Shown: piece by piece, positions 14,165-26,290 of the stretch | How the letters are laid out: each line of letters starts with the position of its first letter | Numbering within the stretch: position 1 is the first letter of the stretch | Assembly: GCA_028534125.1 (NCBI GenBank) | Contig: CM052818.1 | Span: 5,706,001-5,770,000 of the forward strand | Length of the DNA stretch: 64,000 nucleotides | Reading direction: 5' to 3' | Source: Lama glama | Lineage: Eukaryota | Notes under the pieces: model-generated | The model's input: the letters and a program-made list of their open reading frames with translations, nothing else | Database searches by the model: none | What the model was told of the DNA's origin: nothing | Position numbers and translations under genes: made by a program

Positions 14165-14600
14165 ACTGGATAAAGACGGCGGAGCAGAAGGACCTTGAGC
14201 TCACCTCCTCTCTGAACAGAACAAAATCACAACTAACTTCTGAACAACCATTGATTTAAAAAAGGCTGGAACTGACCCAAAAAGATCTTCTACATCTAAA
14301 GACACAAAGAAGGAATCACGAGACAGTAGGAGGGGGGCACTTGTAATATAATCAAATCCCCCAAACTGGAGAATAATTACATTTCAGAGGTTCACCCGCA
14401 GGAATGAGAATTCTGAACCCCACGTCCAGCTCCCCAGCTCGGGGGTCCGCCATCAGGAAGAGGAGCCCCCAGAGCATTTGGCTTTGATGGCCAGCGGGGC
14501 TTACTTGCAGGAGGTCCACGGGACTGGGGGAAACAGAGACTTCATTCTTAAAGGAAGCACGCAGTACCTCTCTAAAGGGACTCCCCATCAGTCAGGCATC
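14165..14600 (+). mobile_element. Probable L1 5'-region fragment
   Basis: gagctcacctcctc...aaaatcacaactaac..tgaacaaccattga...aaagatcttctacatctaaagac resembles laurasiatherian L1 5' sequence (recognised by eye). Confidence 0.5.
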
Positions 14601-15764
14601 TCTGCAATTTTTGGAGCAGTAAGTTCCCTCCGGTGTAACAGAGACGAGCACCGGCAGAACGGGAGCCGGCACAAGGCACAGTCTGGTCTGAGCAAGAAGA
14701 CTGGGAAGGGGGATGGTGGGTCACTGCAGGCCCAAAGCTAGATGCCTCCCCTCTCTGGTCTAAAGATGACGTGCATGTAACCAGGTTAAAAAAAATATAG
14801 AACTTTGAAGAATCAGGATGGGAAGACGAGTTCCATCAGAGAAGCCTACAAACTTCCAAGACATGCAATGTGACTTATCTGGGGCCATGTTATCACAAAA
14901 GAAAGGATGCAAACTAAAGCTTTGGAAGCTGCTCTGAGTAACCCTGTTAATGGTCTCTCTTCTATACTTGCTCGTTTTCCTTATTTTTTTAAACGGGAAG
15001 GTGGGTGTTGTGAAGTTCTGCCTGGGCTATTTGAATGTGAAATGATTGTTCCAGGTCATCCTAAACTTGGCAGTGAATCAAGGGCAAGTTCCCAGATGGT
15101 CACACAGTGATTTCACGACATCGGGCCATTATTTCTCATCTTTCCGAGTTCCCGCACTTCGCCAAACAGAGGCACTCATGACCGACCTAGACGTCAGAGC
15201 CCAGGACTACTCTCTGTGTCACCTTTGTGAAGTGGCTCCATTTGCTGAGACCCCCCCCCCTTCCTCCATCCACAGTGGTAGTAAGGAACGAGCTAAGTCA
15301 AAGCGGGTGTTGTGAGGAACAAGTGGGATTACATATGTGAAAACTCCTGGGAAAATGTGAAATACTGTAAACATGCCCCTTCTTTAGGAGAACTTCTAGG
15401 ATTCTCCAAGACAGAGGCAGATGCGTTTTCTGTGTGCCAATAATTATAAGTGGTGTTATACCGCATTTCCATGGCCTGTTTATTCACCAGCCATTCCCGC
15501 TAGACTCTAAGCTCCCTGAACACAGTAGATATGCAGCTTGGTCACCACTGTGTACCCTTAGGGCCTACTACTAGTAGGCAGCCAATGTTTGATGAGTGAA
15601 TGGCAGACTGAAATCATAAAGCTATGTAAATTTATTCAGAGTAATGCAGGGGTGTGGTGGGGGGCAGCAGAGGAAAGTTGATCTGTACAGTTTTTGTTTC
15701 TCTACAGAAAAAATATTTCAGCTTTTTGCCCTGAGTTAGTTCCACTCTCTTTCTCTCTTTTTTT

Positions 15765-16350
15765 GAGTCAAAATATAGTTGGTTTACAATGCTGTGTTAG
15801 TTTCTGCTGTACAGCATAGTGATTCAGCTATTACAAACTATTGAATATAGTTCCCTGTGCTATACAGTAGGTCCTTGATGTTAATTTTACATATAATAGT
15901 TTGTATCTGCTAATTTCAAACTCCCAATTTATCACCCCCTTTCCCCTTCAGTTACCGTAAGTTTGTTTTCTATGTCTGTGAGTCTGTTTCTGGTCTATAA
16001 ATAAGTTTATTTGTGTCATTTTTTTAGGTTCCACATATAAGTGATAGCATATGATATTTGTCTTTCTTTGTCTGACTTACTTCACTTAGTATGATCATCT
16101 CTAAGTCCATACATGTTGCTGCAAATGGCTTTACTTCATTTTTTATGGCTGAGTAATATTCCATTGTATATCTATACCACATCTTCTTTATCCAGTCATC
16201 TGTGGATAGGTATTTAAATTGCTTCCATCTCTTGGCAATTGTAAATAGTGCTGCTATGAACATTGGGGTGTATGTGTCTTTTTTGAATTAGAGTTTTCTC
16301 TGGATATATGCCCAGGAATGGGATTGCTGGATCATATGGTAACTCTTTCA
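15765..16350 (-). mobile_element. LINE-1 3' fragment (ORF2 C-terminus plus 3' UTR)
   Basis: ORF 16024-16263(-) MFIAALFTIAKRWKQ...WIKKMWY..TMEYYSAIK...LSEVSQ..KDKYHM.SLICG is the canonical L1 ORF2 C-terminus. Confidence 0.92.
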
Positions 16351-18249
16351 TATATAAGGAAAATACAGAATTTCTTCTGAGAAAAATTTAGCAAAGAATT
16401 TAGTTATACAATCTAGGAGTTTGCTAAATCCTCATTTCTCATGCAAGGAGAATTATTACTTAAGGAAAACCTGATTGGGTGGCGGATTCAACCGACTGAA
16501 AGGAGAGGAGAGGCTGGGGGCAGCTTTTTCCTCATATGACTCTTTTTTGTCACAAGTGAACTAATGAAGTACGGTCTTCATTGGTCTAGTTAAACCTGTA
16601 TTTCTGCACAGGCCATCTCACCATCACCCACACATGCTAAAGACAATCATACCTTCACAGGAAACAATGAGATGGCTAAAGAATCATCCGGATGATTTGA
16701 TGAAATACAGGCAGATGATCCAGTCATATTTTCAACCTCTGTATCTCTCTCTCTCTCTCTGTGCTTAAATTGGTCTGATTAAGTGATGTATGGGTCACTC
16801 AGAGTAGAAGCAGTTAAAATGATCGTTTTATGGTTAATGAAGAACATCAGTATTTTTAGCTGCTCTATTTATTAGAAAGTACATTAGAGAGTGTGTGACC
16901 ATGGACTGTGTGGTTTACTGTTAGGGGAGTCATAACATGTGCGGCAAAAGGCAGGGATCAAACAGGCAGGGACATTTTGTTCCTGTTCATTTGCAGTGAA
17001 TGAAAATTAACCTCATAACAAGTGGATGGTCTATGTAACTACTCCACAGAGGAAATGCAAAGAGTAATTATAACTTCTCAGCTTATTCTACGATTATTGA
17101 TATGATGGTGGAAGAAAAACCAAGATCATTTTCTAAAGATGTAGTTGAAATGGGGAACTCATTTACAAGGAAATAAATATCACAGGAATAACAATATTAG
17201 CGGGACTTGAATCCCTCGGTTTTTAAGGCGACTCAGCCGTACGAAAGCGTGATGACACAGTGAGGCACCGACGTTACAGCTGGGGAGACAGCAAAGCCCT
17301 GTGTTAAACTGGAGGGACAGGATTACAGCAGACAAAATCAAAGTGCCAATTCCTGTCCCGATGGTCAGGAGAGATGAAGAGAGGCTTGGACCCCAGACTC
17401 AGCCCCAGTTTATGCCTTCAAGGTCAGACTACAGAAGAGTAAGTACCAGCATTGCTAGAAATGCCAGATGCCTTCAGGTGCTCAGGGAAGCAGGTGATCT
17501 CTTAGACAAACGAGCCTTATGGAACTTAGGGTTTTAATTCCGTGCGTCACATGCTGATGTCTCTGTGCTCTAGGGGCTTCTCTGCCAGGCGACCTGGTCC
17601 CCAAGTCCATCCCCAATGTTTAAAGCCCATCTGGGTGGAGCATGGCTTCCTCTGATGCCTCTTTATGAAGAGGAGGTCTACCTACCTACCTGCGTGGGAA
17701 TGGGTGACAACTTGTCCAAAAGTAAAGGTGCAAGTAACAGCCCCCGAAAGGTTGCTCAACAACGTAACCAAGACGATGCAACTCTCCATAGAGCCATGAG
17801 ACAAACTTCCAGTCTCTTGAATAGGACCAAAGAAAGACTTTTCCAGCTAATTGTTCCAAATGACCAGTAGTCACTGCTGTGTAACCACACTGCTCCCCAG
17901 CTCCGACGAGGGGCATCTGGCCCTCAGACAGGATGGCCAGATCTACCCAGACCACCAAGGCGCTCTCTCTCTCAGGGACGTCTGCTCTCGGCATCTCCAG
18001 GAACAAGCTGATGGCTCAGCTCGGAATCAGCTGGAGACTTGCAGAAAAGAATGGGCCTCTGCATTCCCCTACTGTCCATCTCCTGCTAGACCCTGGCCAG
18101 AGAGCAGCGATCTTCTTAGCTTAGTGCCCAGGAGGCAGTCCCGCCAACGCACGATGGACAAGTTAACCAAGTGAAAGAGTTATCGATCATGTTTGCACAG
18201 TGCTGAACGTGGCAAACAGAGCTGGATAAAGGCTTAGGGCCTCAATACC

Positions 18250-18395
18250 TTGTAATGAATCATAATAAAAAAGAATATGGAAAGGAATATACATATGTGT
18301 GTGCAAAAATGAATCACCATGCTGTACCCCAGAAATTAACACGACACTCTAAATCAATTTTTTTAAAAATAATAATAATTTTTTTTAAAAAGAAT
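18250..18395 (+). mobile_element. Short L1 3'-end fragment
   Basis: aaaaagaatatg...gaatcaccatgctgtaccccagaaattaacacgacact followed by an A-rich tail; resembles the 3' end of the 23.5-kb L1. Confidence 0.65.
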
Positions 18396-18707
18396 TAAGG
18401 CCTCAGCATTCCACCCAGAGTCCCCCTTAAGAAAATCACCAAGAAAGTCTGCATCCTGTACTCAAGGGCCAAAGCCACCTGCAGGCCTCTTCTCGGTTCT
18501 GACTCTCCTGGCGAGCACACGGAGTTGTGTCTGTAGACGCAGTGACAGTGCAAGGGGACTGGAAGGTTTAAGGCTGCCTGGCAAGCTGGCTCCCTCTTCT
18601 GTTCTTGGAGGGCTGCGAGGGTGCTGGGGAAGAGTCTCCAGCTTGCCTGGGCTGCAGTGGCCCCTGCAGCCCCCTCCCCTTGGCTTTGCTCCATCGCTCT
18701 CTCTCTG

Positions 18708-18708
<1 letters not shown>

Positions 18709-18740
<32 letters not shown>
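18709..18740 (+). repeat. (CA)16 microsatellite
   Basis: Read directly from the sequence. Confidence 0.95.
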
Positions 18741-18747
<7 letters not shown>

Positions 18748-21700
18748 TGCGCGTCTTGTGAGGGTAGATCCAGAGCTGCAACTGGCTGTCAAGGAAGTTT
18801 TGAAAGCCAGAATTTGGTAACCCCCAACCACGCATTCGTATGGCATTTCTCGGCCTCACTTGATAGATTGATTCTGAAAACATACGCTAATTTTTTAAAT
18901 GCAAAACAGACCCACTTGGGTTAGGGCCTGCGCAAACAGAAGACTATGAGAATGGAAACAGCATAAACAATGTTGTTTATACCCACGGCCTGAGAAAACG
19001 GCTGCACTTTCCTCCAAAATTGCAGGAAGTCTCAGGGTAACCCCCATCCATTAAGGTAGAATAAGAACCATATTTTCCATTGGTGGGAGGGGTGCTTGGT
19101 CATAGAGACTGACATTAAAGGAGCTGGAAGCAGGAGACCGATTAATAAAGGATGGGTCTCCTCTAACCTGCAGTTGAAAGGGCGGAACATCCCAGCCACA
19201 AACAGCGCTTAGAAGTGAAAAACGCAGTCAAGCCAAACACTGCAGAAGGGCAGGCGTGACAAACACTGCACATCTCCATTGTCCTGCTTCACTCTGGACC
19301 TTCCAGGAAGGCACAGAGATGGTTCCTCTAGTTGGGGACCCAGAAGGGACTGTTATTCCGTCAAGAGCAACCAGCCTCACGCGTCCGAGCCCTGAAGTTT
19401 GAGAGTCGTGTGGGACCAGACCTGCTTTATTCCTTTCACCGTCAGTTGGCTTCCTTAATACATTTCTCCATTTTTTTTCTTTTTTTTGGTTGTTGTTGTA
19501 ACAAAACTATATTTAAAGGCCAGCAACAGGAAGCTTTTACTTGGGAAGTTGAGGTTGAAGCGCTCGGTGGCAAACAATGAACCGGAGAGATAAAGATGCA
19601 ACGCAAATGGTCGGGAACAAACCCGGGCTAGTTTCCTGCCAAAGTTGACTCTCGAGCATGTGTGAGGCCACGATACGAACTCACAGCGCTCTTTTGCTTT
19701 TATTTACTCCAATGTATTTGTTCCTGTGAGAACCCCTATAAAAACAAAGTGCAGGGACAAACAATGGAAGCCTTGCCATCTCCTCCTTGCCAGGGCTTTT
19801 ATTTTCCACATTATCAAATGTTTTCATCAGTGGAGCTCAGCCTGTTCATTCAACTCTGTGAATCACAACCCAGATCATATTGCATTGGGGGGGGGGAGTG
19901 GAGGAAAAAAAAAAAGCATGCCCTGCCTGTATCATTGAAAGAAAAAAAAGAAAGAAATGTTTCTCCATCATCTTTTCCCCGTGACACCTAACAAATGAAT
20001 CTGTGGTCCTCTGTGACATTCTAAGACGGACACTCTGCCCCCAAATAATGGAGTAACTAGAACATTGAAAAAAGCAAGCCTGCAAGTCCAGAACCTAATT
20101 TTATCTGTATCCCCTTTTTGGGGGCCCCCTTTCCCAAACAGGTATCCATGTCAAAGGAGAGCTCTCAAGCTGGGGGTCTGTTTGACCTAGATCACGCAAA
20201 GGTCAAGCTTTTCACCAGTTGTTAACACAAAGCTTCCAGCCAACCCCCCCTCCAAAGCCGGCTCCACAGTCTGTCTCCATCTGCAAATGCGCTATGCACA
20301 TTGGATTTTTCTCAGTTTTGCAGGAACTAACAATCCCTTCACTGTGAAGTGGTCTCAGTGACAAATAAATAGGTCAAACCCTCTTCGGTGAAACTGTAGG
20401 CGCTGAATTTGCCAAATATGGAAATGTAATGGATTTTGACTTTTTCATTTTTAAAAAGGCTTTTTACAGTGTTCTTCTAAGACCAGTTGAACCGACTGCT
20501 TTCTTCCTTTATTGAACTTCAAGGGATGCTGTCCCTTAAGCAGTTTGACGCAATCGCAACTATATTTTTGCTTCTCGGAAAGAGATCAATATTTATTCAG
20601 ATTGATTTTTAAGATTTACATGTGAAAAACAGATCAAATTGGATCACACATCAACCCAAACTAATTCTGTCAACTCCCATGAAAGTCAATAAAGCCGAAA
20701 TAAATTGAGCAGATTTCATCTACCTGCATTTGAGAATTGTTTTACTTCATTATTTCTTATAAACTTACCGAGCAGAAATTTGCTTAACTCTTATCCAAGC
20801 TTCTCTTACTGAAAACAATAAGACCCTCTATGGAATATTTTGCACTCAAATATTATCACCAGGATAGCATATGGCAAACTAGCGGTAGGCAGTTTATCTT
20901 CATCCTCTTTGTAAGCTAAAATTAGCACAATGCTTTCGCAGCATTCTCCCCTTGACTCAGGCCGGGGTGATATTCTCCACAATGCCATGCGTGTTCCAAC
21001 ATCCTGCCGGCTTTCAATATTTAAGAAAATTGGTTGCAAGTTTATGTTAACAATCACAGAGACGTTTTAACGCAATAAAACCCCAAAGTGACACCCACGA
21101 TGAAAAGTAAACCAGCTATATTAGGAATCAACCTGAGAAACCTTCCTTCGTCTGTTTTCCTGAGCTATAGAATGTTTCGGCTACAAAATAGTTCAAATGT
21201 TTACAGAAGCTAATTATACCAAGTGCGATGTATACACCAGGCTCCAAAAGCAAGACCCAATTACTTTCTTGGACAACTGAGGCGCATTTTCCTCCTTGTT
21301 TATTTACCACGCTCAGTTTTTCTCGGTCATACGTCCTTGATGCTAAAACCACATTGTTGCTGAGAATTAGGGATGCACTTTCAGAGGACTAAATGCAGGT
21401 GATCTGCCCATGGAACGACCTCACTCTTTCAACAGGAAAGCAGCTACTGGCTAGCCATTTGAAAAGATTACAACACAATGATTTTAAAAACAATAGAAGA
21501 GGTTCAAAAAAGACACCCCTTTTAGCTGGCCTGTAGCAGGGTGATCATCTGATCAAATAGTTAAAAACAAAAAAAATCCCTAGACAGAATTAACTTTAGG
21601 GAACTCAAGATCGGCAGGGAAGCAGCACAGGGATATTTACATGAGAGATGGGAACACCTCCATCTCCTGTACTTCCCCACCTTTACTGCCATTTATTAGG

Positions 21701-23089
21701 GCAGATGTTACACTAACAAGATTTTGCTGGAAATTGCACGAACTGCTGTCACACTGAAGTTTCTATTACCTGTGCGCTGGGGCAGATGTATGCAGCTTGT
21801 TAACCACAGATTAAACCCAAGATGACAAACATGCTGATACTGTCAGCTGATTTTTAGCGAAAGATAAAAAAAGACTTCATCATTTCTTGAAAGGAGAAAA
21901 AAAGGAAATAATTTCCCAAGAGCTCATTGTATATCTGATCAATTCATATTCTGTTCAGATATACACATTTTGTTAGGGGAAGAAAAAAGAAAAAAGAAAA
22001 TCCTCTCCAAACCTTGTAAGGCAACCTCAAACACAATCTAACTCAACCAATATTTCACTTGACACAACATGTTAGTTCCATCTGTCCCAAATATCTAACT
22101 CACACCCTTCCCTCAACACAGATAAAGTATCCTGGGTTTGTTGGGTGAGGACACAGAATATAAACATTTAAATTTTTAAATAGGTAAGTCACTTAGAAAT
22201 TTCAGAAATAACCAAATAAAGCAGTTACATATTCCACATCTAATCAAAGAGCTGTATGCATTTGGGCCATTTCAGCTAAATCTGTACGTAAAAGAATCAA
22301 ATCTACTGACACTGCTTTGTACCCAGATATTCCAAAAACTCAGATATTGGTGATGGTCGGTACTTTTTGACTATTACCAATACTAAGTCCAAGATTCAGA
22401 ATTCCTCCTCACTGACCATGAAATTATGCGGAACTTACTGACCTTCTGCAGAGATTTCAATCTCTATGTAAGATGTTTATTGAAAGTTCTCCATTCTATC
22501 TAAGTTTGTGCACAAAATTTCACCGTGGTTCTTTGCATTTCAGTATCTCAGAACCGAAAGGAAACACTTCAATCATCTTGCCCAACTCTTTTTCTTTTTT
22601 ATTTACAGAAGAAATTCCATCCCAGCGAGGTCATGTGTGTTGTCCGAGCCAGAGCACAGGGCTCACAAATTGCCCAATGGGAATGGGGATGGCACCTGAG
22701 CGCCCGCACTCCAACCGCAGTGGGCTTCCCAGTCTGTCCGGCAGCCTCACAGAAAGAAGCCTGTAAGTTCCCGGTGTGCAGGGCACACAGACAAGCATTT
22801 AAAATAGCAGCCGATCACCGTGAGTTGATCCTCATACAGAGTCAAATACAACTCTGTTTCTTTCTGATGTTCCATCATTTGTTTCCAAGACGCCAAAATA
22901 AGTGCTCCAATACTTTGATGGGGGAGTGCACGTATTTATCTGAATCCTCAGAAATGTATAGTTGCATAAATATTCTTTTTTTACTGAAGAGGATTATACA
23001 GTAGTATGTACCCATATGCATGTGTCTCTGTATACAGACAAAGCCAACACGGCCAAATGTCAACAATTGTTGATACGGAACAGAGAGTT

Positions 23090-23225
23090 ATGGGTACTAT
23101 TTATTACTACTTATTGTATATACTATTAATATATATATTATCTAGTATATATTAATATATACTATTACGTATACTACTTATCATATATACTATTTATTAC
23201 TATTTATTATATAGACTATTCATTC
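23090..23225. repeat. AT-rich low-complexity (tactat/tata) tract
   Basis: Degenerate tactatttattac / atatatactatt units. Confidence 0.75.
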
Positions 23226-23536
23226 TATTTTCCTATACATATGAAAATATTCATAATAAAAAGTTGGGAAAATGATAACAAACAACATGTGGGGGGAAAT
23301 CTCAATGCAGAGCTTCACAAGTCCTGCCCTGCACCTTCAACATGCTATGTAACATCCTCAGCTTTGGAGTGAGGGTCCTGAACACTGTCCCTGCATTGTG
23401 CTATAGGAGAACGCAGTCATCACCACACATGGAAGAAACTCCTCTCTTTAGAAGGAACAGGATCACGCTTGGTTGTCAGGAAACCACTTCTACTCTCTTG
23501 AGAAGGGCTGGGTTTGCAACTAACATCAAAAATTCA

Positions 23537-23825
23537 GTAAGTCAGACAGAGAAAGACAAATATTATATGATATCACTTATATGTGGAATTTTTAAAATAA
23601 TGCAAATAAATCTATGTACAAAGCGGAAACAAACCCACAGACATAGAAAACAAATATATGGTCACCAAAGGGGAAAGGGAAGTGGGGAAGGGGTAAATCA
23701 GGAGTTTGGGATTAACAAATACACAACACTATACATAAAATAGACAGGAAACAAAGATTTACTATAGAACACAGGGAACTATATTCAATATCTTGTAATA
23801 ACCTATAATGGAGAATAATCTGAAA

Positions 23826-23867
<42 letters not shown>

Positions 23868-23945
23868 CATACATATCTGAATCACTCTGTATACACCTGA
23901 AGCTAACACAATATTGTAGATCAGCTATAAGTCAATTCAAAAAAT
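23537..23945 (+). mobile_element. LINE-1 3' fragment with an internal (AT)16 microsatellite
   Basis: Starts gtaagtcagacagagaaagacaaatattatatgatatcacttatatgtggaa (SQTEKDKYYMISLICG), then typical L1 3' UTR; aaaaattca flanks both ends (TSD-like). Confidence 0.9.
23831..23862 (+). repeat. (AT)16 microsatellite
   Basis: Read directly from the sequence; lies within the L1 3' UTR. Confidence 0.95.
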
Positions 23946-25079
23946 TCAAAAAAATTCAAGCACATTACTGTGTCATGAGAGAGAGTGGATAGAAAAAAAT
24001 TTAAATAGTCAGAATGGGAAATAGACTCTCTCCAGTCTCATCACCACTAGGCTACAACACTGTATATATAAAGAAAAGAAGAGACAGGAAAAACAAGGTG
24101 GGGGAGAGGGAGCCAGGGCAGCCAGCAGCACCAATGATTTTGTAGGTGAAAGAAGAAGGAAAGCTGATTCGCTATAAACAAAGACCTGCCTGTAAATCTG
24201 GTTTGGCCTCCCCGTGACTTCCCAGAATTAACCTTTCCTGTTCACTCTCAATAGGCAAGAGACGCTTTGAACCTTGTTTTACCAACTGCAGTTGCTATGA
24301 ACCTAGTCCTCGAGCTCAGTATAAGACTTGCTGAAATTTATCTGTAATGCTGGGGATTATCTTCCTGTATCTTCAGATTTACTGGTACCAAAGCATCCTG
24401 CAGTTCGAAGGCCTGATACTGCCCAACTGCTTTCCTGAAGACCCAAGATCACTATGAAAGCAGGAGACCAGAGATACTAGAAGACACTGGGTTAGTGGAC
24501 AAACACCCTCCCCATCCCAGCTGGGCTCCTGTCAGGAAATCCCACCCAGGTCCTCCGAGAGCTCAAAATCCACCTCCATCTGCCCGTCAGCAAGAGGCAG
24601 GCCGGTCAACATGTCACCCTGACCGACACTGCAAACCTCATGTCCTCACAGACCCCTTGATGTGTGCTGCAGAAATAACACAAGCTGTTGTTCACAAAGA
24701 ATGCCGTGGACCAGAGGCCTGCGGTGAGAGAGGCATCACTGGCCATCTAAGTCTCTTCCTACTTGCTCACTTCGTCATCATCACCCCCTAAGGAAGAGGT
24801 GGCAGATTCATGACAAGACATTTGGGAGTGATGGACAGCAGAAGGGACTCTTGTATGAGTAGGAATCTCAGTGCCCACCAAGTTTAAAGTGCCTTCTGTC
24901 CTGACACAAAAGGGCAGGCCAACGCCACCCACTATGAAGTGAAGACACATCCGGGAAGGGTACTAGATTCTCCAGTCCTCACCTCGTCATCGCTCGCACC
25001 CGGAAATCAGCACCAGCCCTAACCAGTCTCTCTTTTCCGTAGAGAAAAACAAGCCAAATGATGATGATGGTGATGGTGA

Positions 25080-25205
25080 CAGCAGCTCACACGGACACAA
25101 TGTTTACCACGTGCCAGGCACTGCTCTGAGTCCTAGAGATCAACTTGTTTAATCTCCTCAACACGCCAGTAAGTGGATGCTACCGCGGTTCCCATTGTAC
25201 AGGTG
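25080..25205 (-). mobile_element. MIR SINE fragment
   Basis: gtttaccacgtgccaggcactgctctgag...tttaatctcctcaacac, typical of reversed MIR. Confidence 0.6.
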
Positions 25206-26162
25206 TTTAGGCTGTTCTTCAGTCCAAAGTAGGGAAACTTAAGCCATTTTCCCATGAGGAGAGACCCGTCTTCTTTGGATCTAATCATATACTGAGACCA
25301 CCCCGCCCCAGGCCTGAAAATTCGTGAAGAGCATCAACCAAATGGGATGGAAGCATATGTAACTCCTAAAGGGAACAGCATCAGGAAATGCATTCGTCCC
25401 AAATATCTCTCCACTCAGAAGAGAGGGGAGAAGCAAACACTGGACTGCACCGTCCCTGAGGGCAGGAACTGGCCTTAGTCGTCTTGGCTGTGTCAACATT
25501 TAGCCCAGGGCCTGGTGTACAGGAGGTTCTCTGGGGATGAATGAATGAATGAGCACAACTTAAATGCCTGATCACTTCCTTCTACAGAGCCTTCCAACTG
25601 GTGAATGCATTTCAGAAACAAATGAGCCAAGAAGATGTCAGTCATTAGGATCCTGGTGTAAAAGAAAGGTGTCCACCTTGAAAAGCCCTGGCTGATTCTG
25701 GTCCTGGTATCTTCCCACTTACACTTCTGTACGTGTGAGACCATACAGAAGATTCTTCCTTCTCATAGCCTAGCATCGCAGGTGCTCGATCAATATGTGT
25801 CACGTGATGGAAGATCAGCGCAGAAGAGCCACGTGTCTCTGATCCTCGAAATCTCAACTCATGAGACTTCCTCTGAGAGGTTCAAAATCGTCAGGGGCTG
25901 ACCTCAGCGGGAGGGATGAAAGCAGGTCCGTTCAGGCCAAGAGCCCCTTTTTTTCTTTAGGTTACAGTTGGAAAAGTGACATCCAACTGCACCTCAAAAT
26001 CAGTAATATTGTCAGCCTCCTGGAGAAGGCAGAGTGACGGCAGGGAAGAGGAGACTCAAGGTCCCAGGCTGGAAAAGCAAGCCAGTGGCCCTCACCTCTT
26101 GTACCCCTCTTTCCTCTGCCCCTCCCCCACCCCCGCCAGCACCCCCGGTCACAAGCCGAGAA

Positions 26163-26290
26163 ATGGCAGCGTCACTGCTGTCACTCTGTTCCTCTGAAAT
26201 AGGAACCTGGATTAGCTCTGGCTGGCTGCAGCTCAACCCAGATAAGTCCAGAGCCATGCTGATAGGCAGCGGGAAGGAATTTGAGGAAGT
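26163..26290 (+). mobile_element. Ancient L2/CR1-clade reverse-transcriptase fragment
   Basis: Translation LSLCSSEIGTWISSGWLQLNPDKSRAMLIG resembles the L2/CR1 RT thumb motif L..CL..I..WM....L.LNP.KT..(L/M)LIG. Confidence 0.6.

Noticed and set aside
16024..16263. 79-aa ORF with real protein similarity
   Set aside because: It is a truncated L1 ORF2 C-terminus, not a host gene.
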